From Bacillales bacterium (GTDB taxonomy: Bacteria; Bacillota_I; Bacilli_A; RF39; UBA660), in the NCBI GenBank assembly GCA_016282155.1, contig JAEEJY010000022.1, positions 58,817-122,816 on the forward strand: DNA of 64,000 nucleotides, written 5' to 3'. Made by a program: the position numbers and the translations under genes. Under the pieces are notes generated by a model that worked only from the letters and a program-made list of their open reading frames with translations, did no database searches and was not told where the DNA came from. Positions 1 through 9,420 of this stretch are shown in pieces (within the stretch, counting starts at the first letter, position 1; each line of letters starts with the position of its first letter).

Positions 1-215
1 GAGAAGATGATTATGATAAATTAATGGCTCGTGCTAAAGAAATGAATGTTGATGTTGATACTGTAGATTGGTATATGAATTTAAGAAGATTTGGAGGATG
101 TTATCATTCAGGATTTGGTATGGGATTTGAAAGACTTATTATGTATCTAACAGGTATTGAAAACATAAGAGATGTATTACCATATCCAAGAACTCCAGGT
201 AACTGTGAATACTAA
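1..215 (+). CDS. asnS: asparagine--tRNA ligase, C-terminal fragment (gene starts upstream of the window)
   Basis: Frame is open to the window edge. The C-terminal class II motif-3 region GFGMGFERLIMYLTGIENIRDVLPYPRTPGNCEY is typical of AsnRS. A hairpin terminator follows. Confidence 0.85.
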   Translation, partial: EDDYDKLMARAKEMNVDVDTVDWYMNLRRFGGCYHSGFGMGFERLIMYLTGIENIRDVLPYPRTPGNCEY

Positions 216-241
216 AAAAGTACATTTTTATGTACTTTTTT
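214..241 (+). terminator. intrinsic terminator after asnS
   Basis: GTACAT (220-225) / ATGTAC (230-235) stem with a TTTT loop. It is flanked by an A-run and a T-run. Confidence 0.75.
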
Positions 242-325
242 GTTTTAAGCAAAAAATAAGCCCTTTGTCAAGGGGTAAAAATAGCAAAAAAACCTTATTT
301 TTCAACAAAAAAATACAAAAAACTA

Positions 326-354
326 TTGCAATACCACTTAAAAAATGTTATTCT
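326..354 (+). promoter_or_regulatory. sigma-A type promoter for hup
   Basis: TTGCAA (326-331), a 17-nt spacer with TG at 346-347, then TATTCT (349-354). Confidence 0.55.
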
Positions 355-360
355 TTAAGT

Positions 361-386
361 GTAAGCAAGGTAGATGTGGTGCTTAC
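361..386 (+). promoter_or_regulatory. 5' UTR stem-loop of the hup mRNA
   Basis: GTAAGCA (361-367) pairs with TGCTTAC (380-386), just downstream of the predicted start site. 5' hairpins of this kind can stabilise abundant mRNAs. Confidence 0.4.
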
Positions 387-416
387 ATAAAATGACAACA
401 AATGGAGGTAATTTAA

Positions 417-689
417 ATGTCAAAAACTGATTTAGTAAACTATATTGCTGAAGAAGCTAACATGAGTAAAGCAGAAGCAGCAAGAGCTGTAGAAGCTTTC
501 GTTGGAGGAGTTACAGAAGGATTAAAAAAAGAAGGTAAAGTTACTTTAACTGGTTTCGCTACTTTCACAGCTAAAAAGAAAGCTGCTAAAACTGGACGTA
601 ATCCACGTACTGGTGAAGCAGTTAAAATTCCTGCTCGTGTAGCAGTAACTGTTAAAGCTGGATCTAAATTAAAAGACGCTTTAAATTAA
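417..689 (+). CDS. hup: HU family DNA-binding protein
   Basis: 90 aa. Contains GFATFTAKKKAAKTGRNPRTGEAVKIPARVAVTVKAGSKLKDAL, the canonical HU arm. GGAGG Shine-Dalgarno (SD) 6 nt upstream. Confidence 0.95.
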   Translation: MSKTDLVNYIAEEANMSKAEAARAVEAFVGGVTEGLKKEGKVTLTGFATFTAKKKAAKTGRNPRTGEAVKIPARVAVTVKAGSKLKDALN

Positions 690-696
690 TTAAAAG

Positions 697-718
697 AAGG
701 CTTTATAGCCTTTTTTTA
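697..718 (+). terminator. intrinsic terminator after hup
   Basis: AAGGCT / AGCCTT stem with a TTAT loop, followed by a T7 run. Confidence 0.8.
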
Positions 719-733
719 TTGTAGGAGGGACAT

Positions 734-1831
734 ATGTATAATAGTTCTTTAAAAATACTTAGTTTAATTGAAAAAGCCGGGTTTAAAGCATATATCGTTG
801 GAGGTTTCCCTAGAGATTTATATTTAAAAAGAAATAGTGCTGATGTCGATATATGTACTAACGCAACTCCTAAGGATTTAAAAGCTATCTTTAAAGATAG
901 TATGCTTCCTAAAGAACAATATGGCTCAGTAACAGTTATATATAATAAGATTCATTTTGAAATCACTACATTCCGTAAGGATATCAAATATGAAAATAAT
1001 AGATTACCTGTTAAAATAAAATATATTGATAGTTTATATGAAGATTTAGGTCGAAGAGATTTCTTAATTAATACATTATGCATTGATTCAAGTGGAAATA
1101 TGATAGATCTCTTAAATGCTAAAGAGGATTTGGATAATAAAATAATACGTACAGTAGGACCAGCTAGAACTAAAATATCCGAAGATGCTTTACGTATTTT
1201 ACGTGCAATTCGTTTTGCGACAATTCTTAATTTTTCTTTAGATGAAGAATTAAAGAAAAGTATTAAAAAGAATGCTAATTTACTAAAGAAACTATCTTAT
1301 CATCGCAAAAAAGAAGAATTAGATAAAATATTTAGTAGTATGAATGCTAGTTATGGTATTAGTTTAATACTAGAATTAGGTTTAGATATACCTCTTGAAT
1401 TAAATAATTTGAAAGAGGTTGTAGTAACATCTAATTCAATAGGTATCTGGGCTCAATTAGATGTTTTAGATAAATACGAATTTACTAATAGTGAAAAAGA
1501 ATTAATTAAGAATATTAATGTTTTTAGAAAAAATTATTCTTTTGATAATTATATATTATATAAAAGTGACTTATATATAGCTTCGATGGCAGCGGAAATA
1601 AATCATATGGATAAAAAAGTAATTACACGTAAATATATGAGTTTACCTATAAAAAATATCAAAGATATTAAAATCAATGGTGATGAAATATGCAAGGTTT
1701 TAAATATAAAACCATCGCGAATAATTAAAGATATTCTCCATGATTTAGAAAAAGAAATAATATATAATCGTCTAGAAAATGAATATGATGAAATAGTTAA
1801 ATACATTAAAAATAAGTATCAAGAAAAGTAG
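734..1831 (+). CDS. cca: CCA-adding tRNA nucleotidyltransferase (short form, no HD domain)
   Basis: 365 aa. PolyA-pol head motif GGFPRDLYLKRNSADVDICT, and the RRDF..N motif (GRRDFLINTL). Confidence 0.85.
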   Translation: MYNSSLKILSLIEKAGFKAYIVGGFPRDLYLKRNSADVDICTNATPKDLKAIFKDSMLPKEQYGSVTVIYNKIHFEITTFRKDIKYENNRLPVKIKYIDSLYEDLGRRDFLINTLCIDSSGNMIDLLNAKEDLDNKIIRTVGPARTKISEDALRILRAIRFATILNFSLDEELKKSIKKNANLLKKLSYHRKKEELDKIFSSMNASYGISLILELGLDIPLELNNLKEVVVTSNSIGIWAQLDVLDKYEFTNSEKELIKNINVFRKNYSFDNYILYKSDLYIASMAAEINHMDKKVITRKYMSLPIKNIKDIKINGDEICKVLNIKPSRIIKDILHDLEKEIIYNRLENEYDEIVKYIKNKYQEK

Positions 1832-1850
1832 TTTTGCAACTACTTTTTTT
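1828..1850 (+). terminator. intrinsic terminator after cca (stop codon lies inside the stem)
   Basis: GTAGTT / AACTAC stem, TTGC loop, T7 run. Confidence 0.75.
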
Positions 1851-1851
1851 A

Positions 1852-1860
1852 TGTTATAAT
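1852..1860 (+). promoter_or_regulatory. extended -10 promoter (TGtTATAAT) for pilin-like gene 1
   Basis: TG at 1852-1853 and TATAAT at 1855-1860, directly after the terminator T-run. Confidence 0.55.
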
Positions 1861-1876
1861 GATAGTAGGTGAGAAT

Positions 1877-3541
1877 ATGAAAAAAGGATTTACTCTTATA
1901 GAACTTTTAACGGTAATTATTATATTAGGAATAGTAGCTTTAATAGCGTTTCCTTTTGTAAATAGTACAATAGAAAGAAATAAACGAAAAACTTTTGAAG
2001 CTTCTTTAAATGAGGCAATTAAGGCTGCCCAAATGTATATGGCTTCAGAGGCCTTAACTAGTAATACTGTCTTTACTTATAACGATGAAAGACTTGCTAT
2101 GGAACATAATAGTTTTAAGCAGGGAACAATTGAGATAAGAGATGGCAAAATAAGAATAGTAAATATAACTGATGGTGAATATTGTGGTAGTGGAACTTTA
2201 GGTAATTTAAAGATCAAAAAAGGAGATTGTACTTTAAATGCAGGCGATTATGTAGATGGTACATTACTATATTATAATCCAGTTACTAAAGAAACATGTT
2301 CTCCAACTGATGTAGATTATAATTATAGTTTTGATATGAGCGCAATGTTTGGTAGTCCTGAAGATTCTACCCCAGAAGATAGATATACCTATAACGGCCA
2401 TAGCTTAAATAGTTGCTTACGTTGGTATATATTTAATTATGATGATAATAGTAAGACTTATGATGCAATGCTAGCGGATACACTATTTGCAGAAAAAGTT
2501 TATAGTGCGGACGCTCGTGAAGAATATCAAAACATGTTTGGGGAAGATGAAGAACCAACTGTCAGCGGTATTAGTAAAATATATAAATTTGCCATGAATA
2601 TTGAACTTAAATATTTAAAAAGTGTATGGAATACAGATGTAAGACTATTGACTAAGTCAGAACTTGAAGGTTTTGTTGGTAAATCAATTACAAGATTTGA
2701 TACGCCGTTTTTTTCTTCATCTGAAGATTCAAATTCTAATGCTCCAATATCTTTAGAAACTATTCAAAGTAGTGTAATAAATTTACCAAGCGAATTTGGA
2801 TGGTTAGCGGCCGATAAAATAGGACTTGGGGTGGACGACGGAGATGCTATAGAATTTATTTTAATGGGTCGCGGTAATGTAATAGGTTCTGGAGACGAAT
2901 ATGGACAATTTTATTCCTTTTTCGGTCAAAAATTCTATGTTATGGGCATGCCAGAAGTTTTTGAATACAAACCAGTTATAAAATTATCGGCTGATGTAGA
3001 ACCAAAAACTAATATATCTATTGAAGCAACTTTATCAGCTAAACTTGAAGACTATCCTGAATCTGAAACTGGACCAATGCCAAATATTAGACCGAAAATA
3101 AATGTAAGTGTAAGTGGCGCGGGTGATGGGAGTTACTACTGCGTAACTCCTGTATCTAATTTTAGGTCATGCATATTCCCTAAGAATTTAGGTAAATCTC
3201 CGATTCAATATACAAGTGATGATTATCCTATATCGTCTGCTTTATTTGGTTCAGGTGATCGTGTGGAACAATTAAAGCAACCTGTATGGAAAAGTTTAGA
3301 TGGTAATAATTTTACCGAAAGTGTCATAACAATGGCGCAAGATACTCCGAATGGTTCCGTTAGTTTTCCTTTTCCAGAATATTTTGTTTATGTAATGACA
3401 GAAAATGGTGAAATTGGTGCACCAGCTGTAGTAAGTGCATGGAGTGAAAATATAGCATATGGGATGATTAACTCTATGAGATCTGCTTTTAGCAGTAGTG
3501 GCAGTGAAAGCGGTAGCGGTAATAGCGGTAGTGTAGCTTAA
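1877..3541 (+). CDS. modular type IV pilin-like protein (prepilin N-terminus plus large uncharacterised C-terminal region)
   Basis: MKKG/FTLIELLTVIIILGIVALIAFP has a short basic leader, Gly-1, Phe+1, Glu+5 and a hydrophobic helix. A Cys pair follows (GEYCGS...KGDCT). AGGTGA SD lies 6 nt upstream of ATG 1877. The listed 1859 start overlaps the -10 box. Confidence 0.8.
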   Translation: MKKGFTLIELLTVIIILGIVALIAFPFVNSTIERNKRKTFEASLNEAIKAAQMYMASEALTSNTVFTYNDERLAMEHNSFKQGTIEIRDGKIRIVNITDGEYCGSGTLGNLKIKKGDCTLNAGDYVDGTLLYYNPVTKETCSPTDVDYNYSFDMSAMFGSPEDSTPEDRYTYNGHSLNSCLRWYIFNYDDNSKTYDAMLADTLFAEKVYSADAREEYQNMFGEDEEPTVSGISKIYKFAMNIELKYLKSVWNTDVRLLTKSELEGFVGKSITRFDTPFFSSSEDSNSNAPISLETIQSSVINLPSEFGWLAADKIGLGVDDGDAIEFILMGRGNVIGSGDEYGQFYSFFGQKFYVMGMPEVFEYKPVIKLSADVEPKTNISIEATLSAKLEDYPESETGPMPNIRPKINVSVSGAGDGSYYCVTPVSNFRSCIFPKNLGKSPIQYTSDDYPISSALFGSGDRVEQLKQPVWKSLDGNNFTESVITMAQDTPNGSVSFPFPEYFVYVMTENGEIGAPAVVSAWSENIAYGMINSMRSAFSSSGSESGSGNSGSVA

Positions 3542-3566
3542 AAGGTATTCATAATACCTTTTTTCT
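3542..3566 (+). terminator. intrinsic terminator after pilin-like gene 1
   Basis: AAGGTATT / AATACCTT stem, CAT loop, T-run. Confidence 0.8.
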
Positions 3567-3609
3567 TTTAAATAAATGAATAAAATGGTATAATTATATA
3601 GGTGGTTTT

Positions 3610-4593
3610 ATGTTTAAAATTGGAAATATAAATCTTAAAAATAATATAGTTTTAGCGCCGATGGCTGGTATTTCTAATAGTGCATATCGTACTATTATAA
3701 AAGAAATGGGTTGTGGGCTTATTTATGCTGAAATGGTATCAGATAAAGCTATAACTTATGGAAATAATAAAACTATTGAAATGCTTTATATGACTGATTT
3801 TGAAAGACCAATCGCTCAACAAATATTTGGTAGTGATGTTGATAGCTTTGTAACAAGCGCTAAATATATATATGATAATATGCATCCAGATATTATAGAC
3901 ATTAATATGGGATGTCCTGTTCCTAAAGTTGCGTTAAGAGCTCAAGCAGGTTCAGCCTTGCTTAAGAATCCTAAGAAAGTAGGGGAAATAGTAAAAGCAG
4001 TTGTAGAAGCTGTTCCTATTCCAGTAACTGTTAAAATAAGGAGCGGTTGGGATAGTGATAGTATTAATGCTGTTGAAATAGCTAAAGTAATTGAAAAAGC
4101 TGGAGCTAGTGCTATAACTGTACATCCAAGAACAAGAGCGCAAGGATATTCTGGTAAAGCAGATTGGAATATCATTAAACAAGTTAAAGAAAATGTTTCT
4201 ATTCCTGTTATTGGTAATGGGGATGTAAGATCTTGTTATGACGCTAAGAGAATGCTTGAAGAAACAGGATGTGATGCTGTTATGATTGGTAGAGGTGTTC
4301 TTGGTAATCCTTGGCTTATTAAAGAATGCATTGAATATTTAGAAGATGGTACTATTCCAAAAGAAATAACAGTAAAAGAAAGAATAGATATGATTAAACA
4401 TCATCTAGACTTACTTGTTAAAACTAAAGTTGAGAAGGTAGCTTTACTTGAAATAAGAAGTCATGCTACATGGTATTTAAAAGGAGTTCCTAATAGTAGT
4501 AGTTTAAGAAACAATATATGTAAGAGTAAGAGTATTAAAGAAATATTAGATTTACTTGATGAATATATGGAGGAATATAATGCCTCTAAATAA
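3610..4593 (+). CDS. dusB: tRNA-dihydrouridine synthase
   Basis: 327 aa. LAPMAGISNSAYR, the catalytic-Cys context INMGCPVPKV, and a TIM-barrel Dus pattern. Confidence 0.9.
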   Translation: MFKIGNINLKNNIVLAPMAGISNSAYRTIIKEMGCGLIYAEMVSDKAITYGNNKTIEMLYMTDFERPIAQQIFGSDVDSFVTSAKYIYDNMHPDIIDINMGCPVPKVALRAQAGSALLKNPKKVGEIVKAVVEAVPIPVTVKIRSGWDSDSINAVEIAKVIEKAGASAITVHPRTRAQGYSGKADWNIIKQVKENVSIPVIGNGDVRSCYDAKRMLEETGCDAVMIGRGVLGNPWLIKECIEYLEDGTIPKEITVKERIDMIKHHLDLLVKTKVEKVALLEIRSHATWYLKGVPNSSSLRNNICKSKSIKEILDLLDEYMEEYNASK

Positions 4594-5113
4594 TATATTA
4601 ATGGCAGACAATGTTCTTGAATCAATTCATGATAATTTAGATGAATTACTTAAACTAGTACCGGAGATTAAAGATATGATAGGTTGCGAGCATAAAAATC
4701 CTGCTCATAAATTTGATGTATGGAACCATACTTTATATGCTTTAACTTTAGCTCCTAAAGATTTAGATGTACGTTTAACTTTATTATTTCACGATATAGG
4801 TAAACCTCATTCATTTACTGAAGTAGATGGAGTAAGACATTTTACTGGGCATCCTAAAGTGTCAAAAGAAATAACTAATAGAGTATTAAAAAGACTAGGA
4901 TATGAAGATAGTTATATCGAAAAAATATGTTATCTTGTAGGTAATCATGATTACCGTATAACAAAAGATAATATTATTAAAGATAAAGAATTAGAATATA
5001 AGAGATTTGTTATTCAACAATGTGATATATATGCTCATGATACTAGTAATGAAAGATTCAAAGTAAAAGAATTATATATTGCTAATACTAAGAAATTATT
5101 TGAGGAGGAATAA
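4580..5113 (+). CDS. stand-alone HD-domain phosphohydrolase (resembles the HD domain of multifunctional CCA enzymes)
   Basis: H...WNHTLYAL...RLTLLFHDIGKP motif. GGAGGA SD upstream of ATG 4580. Overlaps the dusB end by 14 nt. An alternative start is at 4601. Confidence 0.75.
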   Translation: MPLNNILMADNVLESIHDNLDELLKLVPEIKDMIGCEHKNPAHKFDVWNHTLYALTLAPKDLDVRLTLLFHDIGKPHSFTEVDGVRHFTGHPKVSKEITNRVLKRLGYEDSYIEKICYLVGNHDYRITKDNIIKDKELEYKRFVIQQCDIYAHDTSNERFKVKELYIANTKKLFEEE

Positions 5114-5114
5114 A

Positions 5115-5699
5115 ATGGAATTATTTTTTCGTAGAGTAGAAGCATTTTTATTAGATGTATTAATCCTTGCGATAGCTTTAGAGATGTTATCACTTGTATT
5201 TCCAACTAATAATAATGTTGTTAAATTAAATAAGGAATTTAATACTATAACAGATAATTATTTAAATGGTGATTTAGAATATTCAAAATATATACATGAA
5301 GCCGGTAATATTGAATATTTAGTAGACCGAGAGCAAATATTTTATAATGTTATGAATGTTATTCTTGTAATTATATTTTTTGTATTTATTCCATTTCTTA
5401 ATAATGGATCAACTCTCGGTAAAAAGGTTATGAAACTCAAGATAGTTGATAAAGAAGGTAATAAGCCTAATATGAATATTTTGATTATTAGAAGTCTAAT
5501 TTTTAATTCTTTGGGCTATTTATTGATAACATTAGCTGCTATTTTTATAGTAAAAGATTATAATTACTTTATATTAACAATAATTTTATCAATAATTGAA
5601 CTTTTACTAGTAATTATAAGCATTTTTATGATATTATATAGAAGTGATAAACGCGGAGTTCATGACTTTATAGCCGGAACAAAAGTAGTAAAAATATAG
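5115..5699 (+). CDS. RDD family membrane protein
   Basis: N-terminal RRVEAFLLDVLILAI, several TM helices, and a C-terminal RGVHDFIAGTKVV motif typical of RDD. GAGGAGG SD. Confidence 0.7.
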   Translation: MELFFRRVEAFLLDVLILAIALEMLSLVFPTNNNVVKLNKEFNTITDNYLNGDLEYSKYIHEAGNIEYLVDREQIFYNVMNVILVIIFFVFIPFLNNGSTLGKKVMKLKIVDKEGNKPNMNILIIRSLIFNSLGYLLITLAAIFIVKDYNYFILTIILSIIELLLVIISIFMILYRSDKRGVHDFIAGTKVVKI

Positions 5700-5709
5700 A
5701 GGTGAAAAT

Positions 5710-7197
5710 ATGGAAAGAGAATTTTCAGAACAAGAATTAGTAAGACGAGGAAAATTAGATAATATTAGAGCACTTAATATTGATCCATTCGGTCATAAAT
5801 TTGCTCGTGATAGTTATGCAGCTGATATCAAAGAAAAATTTAAAGATATAACTCATGAGGAATTTGAAAATAGAGAAGATATCGTAACAGTAGCTGGTAG
5901 AATTATGTTTATCCGTAAGATGGGTAAAGCATCATTTATTTCTATTCAAGATAAAACTGATAAAATCCAAATCTATATTTCAATAAATGATGTAGGTGAA
6001 GAAACTTACAATTTATTTAAGACTGCTGACTTAGGAGATATTATTGGTGTTAAAGGAAAAGTAATGAAAACTGGTACAGGTGAAGTTACTATTAAATGTT
6101 ATGAATATACACATTTAGTAAAAGCTTTAAGACCACTTCCTGAAAAATTCCACGGACTTACTGATATTGAAGAAAGATATAGAAGACGTTATGTAGATTT
6201 AATTATGAATGAGGAATCTAAGAAAATAGCGTTCACAAGACCTAAAATTATTAGATGTATTCAAAACTTTATGGATGCTGAAGGATTTACAGAAGTAGAA
6301 ACTCCAGTTTTAACTACACTTTTAACAGGTGCTAGTGCTCGTCCATTCGTAACTCATCATAATACACAAGATTTAGATATGTATCTTCGTATTGCTCTTG
6401 AATTACCACTAAAGAGATTATTAGTTGGTGGTATGGAAGCCGTTTATGAAATCGGTAGAGTATTTAGAAATGAAGGTATGGATCCTAAACATAATCCTGA
6501 ATTTACTTTAATGGAAGCTTATTTAGCTTATTCAGATTTAGAAGGTATGATGGATTTAACTGAAAGAATGTACCAAAAAATAGCTACTGATGTAGCACAT
6601 AAGATGGTATTTAATTGGTGTGGTAATGAAATCGATTTAACAGGTCCATGGAAAAGAATTTCTATGACTGATGCTATCAAAGAAAAAACTGGTATTGATT
6701 TCAAGAAGGTAACTGATTTAGATGAAGCACTTCGTTTAGCAAGTGAACATCATATTGAAGTTCAAGATCATGAAAAAACTATCGGTCATATAATTAATTT
6801 ATTCTTTGAAACATATGTTGAAGAAACATTAATTCAACCAACATTCTTATATGGACATCCAGTTGAAATCTCACCACTTACAAAGAAGAATCCAGAAGAT
6901 CCTCGTTTTGTAGATAGATTTGAATTATTTATCGGTGGTAAAGAATTCGCAAATGCCTATACAGAATTAAATGATCCTATCGATCAACTTGAAAGATTTG
7001 AAGAACAATTAAAAGAAAGAGATTTAGGTAATGATGAAGCAAATGATATAGATATGGACTTCATTGAAGCCTTAGAATACGGTATGCCTCCAGCAGGTGG
7101 TATCGGATATGGAATAGATAGATTATGTATGTTATTTACAGAACAAGAAAGTATAAGAGACGTAATCTTATTCCCAACAATGAAAAATAGAGACTAG
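5710..7197 (+). CDS. lysS: lysine--tRNA ligase (class II)
   Basis: 495 aa. OB-fold N-domain, FRNEG motif 2, and GGIGYGIDRLCMLFT motif 3. Confidence 0.95.
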   Translation: MEREFSEQELVRRGKLDNIRALNIDPFGHKFARDSYAADIKEKFKDITHEEFENREDIVTVAGRIMFIRKMGKASFISIQDKTDKIQIYISINDVGEETYNLFKTADLGDIIGVKGKVMKTGTGEVTIKCYEYTHLVKALRPLPEKFHGLTDIEERYRRRYVDLIMNEESKKIAFTRPKIIRCIQNFMDAEGFTEVETPVLTTLLTGASARPFVTHHNTQDLDMYLRIALELPLKRLLVGGMEAVYEIGRVFRNEGMDPKHNPEFTLMEAYLAYSDLEGMMDLTERMYQKIATDVAHKMVFNWCGNEIDLTGPWKRISMTDAIKEKTGIDFKKVTDLDEALRLASEHHIEVQDHEKTIGHIINLFFETYVEETLIQPTFLYGHPVEISPLTKKNPEDPRFVDRFELFIGGKEFANAYTELNDPIDQLERFEEQLKERDLGNDEANDIDMDFIEALEYGMPPAGGIGYGIDRLCMLFTEQESIRDVILFPTMKNRD

Positions 7198-7209
7198 GAG
7201 AGATAAAAT

Positions 7210-8388
7210 ATGAAAATATTAACAATTAATGCAGGTTCTTCTTCAATGAAGTTCTCTGTTATGGAAATTCCAGAAAATAAAGAATTAGTAAATGGATATT
7301 TCCAAAGAATCGGAATTGAAGGTTCTTTCTATGATGTAAAAATGAATGGTGAAAAAATGCACCATGACGTAGTTTTAACTAACCACTTAGAAGCACTTGA
7401 ATGTGTTAAAAAAGAATTAATTGATTTAGGTGTTGTTAAATCATTAGATGAAATCGACGCTGTAGGACATAGATTAGTTCATGGTGGTGAAGAATTTAAG
7501 GAATCAACTTTAATAACTGATGATGTTATTGAAGCTTGTAAAAAATTTACAAAATTAGCTCCATTACATAATCCAGCTATGCTTGCTTGTATTGAAGCTA
7601 GTAAAGAAGCTTTTAAAGATACACCAATGGTAGCAGTATTTGATACTTCATTCCATCAATCAATGGATGCAGTTAATTACTTATACCCAGTACCATACGA
7701 ATGGTATACAAAATATGGTGTAAGAAAATATGGATTCCACGGAACTAGTCATAAATTTATTAATCGTGAAATTTCAAGAGAATTAAATAGAGATGACTTA
7801 AAAGTAATTTCATGCCACATTGGTTCTGGTGCAAGTATTTGTGCTATCAATGCTGGTAAAGTAGTAGATACTTCAATGGGATTCTCTCCTATGACAGGTA
7901 TTATGATGGGAACTCGTCCTGGTGATGTTGATCCTTCAGTTGTACCTTATGTTGCTGAACAAGCAAATATGTCTGTTGACGAAGTAATGACAGCTTTAAA
8001 TAAACATTCTGGATTAGAAGGAATTTGTGGTAAGTCTGATTCAAGAGATGTTGAAGATGGTATTAAAGCAGGCGATGAGTTATGTATTTTAGCTCAAAAA
8101 ATGTATGTAAGAAGAATAGCAAATTATATCGCTATGTATAATAATGAATTAGAAGGTGCTGATGTTATCTGCTTAACTGCAGGTGTTGGTGAAAACTCTA
8201 AACAAACAAGAGTTGAAATTCTTGAAGCTATTAAATCATTAGGTGTTAAAATTGATGAAGCTAAGAATGATTTTCGTGGTGAATTCAGATTAATTTCTAG
8301 TGACGATTCAAAAATCCCAGTATATGTAGTACCAACTAATGAAGAATTAATGATTGCAATCGATACATATAATATTATAAATAAATAG
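7210..8388 (+). CDS. ackA: acetate kinase
   Basis: 392 aa. N-terminal ILTINAGSSSMKF, plus the GHRLVHGG and FHGTSH motifs. Confidence 0.95.
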   Translation: MKILTINAGSSSMKFSVMEIPENKELVNGYFQRIGIEGSFYDVKMNGEKMHHDVVLTNHLEALECVKKELIDLGVVKSLDEIDAVGHRLVHGGEEFKESTLITDDVIEACKKFTKLAPLHNPAMLACIEASKEAFKDTPMVAVFDTSFHQSMDAVNYLYPVPYEWYTKYGVRKYGFHGTSHKFINREISRELNRDDLKVISCHIGSGASICAINAGKVVDTSMGFSPMTGIMMGTRPGDVDPSVVPYVAEQANMSVDEVMTALNKHSGLEGICGKSDSRDVEDGIKAGDELCILAQKMYVRRIANYIAMYNNELEGADVICLTAGVGENSKQTRVEILEAIKSLGVKIDEAKNDFRGEFRLISSDDSKIPVYVVPTNEELMIAIDTYNIINK

Positions 8389-8403
8389 TTAGGGGTAACT
8401 AAA

Positions 8404-9363
8404 ATGAACAGTAAATTTCATAAAATATATAGAAAAATAAAAAAATATAAAAATATTGTAATAGCGCGTCATATTGGACCAGATCCAGATGCTTTAGGTA
8501 GTCAATTAGGTTTAAAAGAAATAATCACAAATAAATTTCCAAATAAAAATGTCTATGCCGTAGGTGCTAGTGCTTCAACATTTAGATATTTAGGAGATTT
8601 AGATAAATTTAATGATGATTTATATAAAGATAGTTTATTAATTGTTCTTGATACACCAGACGCTAGAAGAGTAGATGGTGTAACACCAAAGAGATTTAAA
8701 GAAGTTATTAAGATAGATCATCATCCTTTCGTTGAAAAATTTGCTGATATTGAACTAATTGATGATACTGCCTCATCGGCATCGCAACTTGTTATTGAAA
8801 TGGTTAATCATACACCATTTAGAATGACTAAGCTAGCAGCCGAAAGATTATTTGTTGGTGTTGTTACAGATACAAATAGATTTTTATTTAAATATACTAC
8901 CCCAAAAACATTTGATTTAATTTCAAAATTAATCAAAGAAACAAATATTGAATTTACTGATTTATATGAAAAAATATATTTAAGACCAGTTAAAGAAATA
9001 AGATTCCAAGGTTATATTTCTGATAATATGACAATTACCGAAAATGGATTTGCTTATATTAAATTAACTGATAAAGATATTAAAAAATATAATGTAGATG
9101 CTGCAACAGCAGGCAATATGGTAAGTAACTTTAATTATATTGATGGTGTATATGCGTGGGCAGTATTTACAGAAGACTTAGGTTTAGATCAAATAAGAGG
9201 TTCAATCAGATCGAGAGGACCAATTATTAATGAAATAGCAAGTAACTATGGTGGTGGAGGACATATCTTCGCTAGCGGAGTTAGACTTAAAAATTTTGAT
9301 GATGTAGATAGAATTGTTGTTGATCTAGATCAAGCTTGTAAAGAATATAGAAATCAAGATTAA
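8404..9363 (+). CDS. nrnA: DHH/DHHA1 phosphoesterase (NrnA-type oligoribonuclease/pAp phosphatase)
   Basis: ARHIGPDPDALGS, IDHHP and GGGGH motifs. Confidence 0.85.
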   Translation: MNSKFHKIYRKIKKYKNIVIARHIGPDPDALGSQLGLKEIITNKFPNKNVYAVGASASTFRYLGDLDKFNDDLYKDSLLIVLDTPDARRVDGVTPKRFKEVIKIDHHPFVEKFADIELIDDTASSASQLVIEMVNHTPFRMTKLAAERLFVGVVTDTNRFLFKYTTPKTFDLISKLIKETNIEFTDLYEKIYLRPVKEIRFQGYISDNMTITENGFAYIKLTDKDIKKYNVDAATAGNMVSNFNYIDGVYAWAVFTEDLGLDQIRGSIRSRGPIINEIASNYGGGGHIFASGVRLKNFDDVDRIVVDLDQACKEYRNQD

Positions 9364-9380
9364 AAATCTTGATTTTTTTT
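9353..9380 (+). terminator. intrinsic terminator after nrnA (stop codon in the loop)
   Basis: ATCAAGAT / ATCTTGAT 8-bp stem, TAAAA loop, T8 run. Confidence 0.85.
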
Positions 9381-9420
9381 ATTATGAATATATGATATAA
9401 TTAATATTAGGAGGATAGAT

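Noticed and set aside
264-277. CCCTT/AAGGG hairpin with a T-run on the minus strand
   Set aside because: No minus-strand gene converges on it. It is probably a fortuitous hairpin or a relic terminator.
172-390. 72-aa ORF in the asnS-hup intergenic region
   Set aside because: It spans a terminator, an A/T-rich spacer and the hup promoter and 5' hairpin. It has no SD and a low-complexity Lys/Phe-rich product. It is an intergenic artefact.
3487-3538. Short GGTAGC/AGCGGT repeats at the 3' end of the first pilin-like gene, considered as a tandem repeat or contingency locus
   Set aside because: The repeat is imperfect and only about 50 nt long. It simply encodes a Ser/Gly-rich tail, and there is no evidence of phase-variable repeat structure.
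1603-4182. Antisense ORFs 1603-1806, 3942-4175 and 3952-4182
   Set aside because: They are embedded opposite well-supported cca and dusB coding sequence. None has an SD, and such frames stay open by chance in AT-rich DNA.
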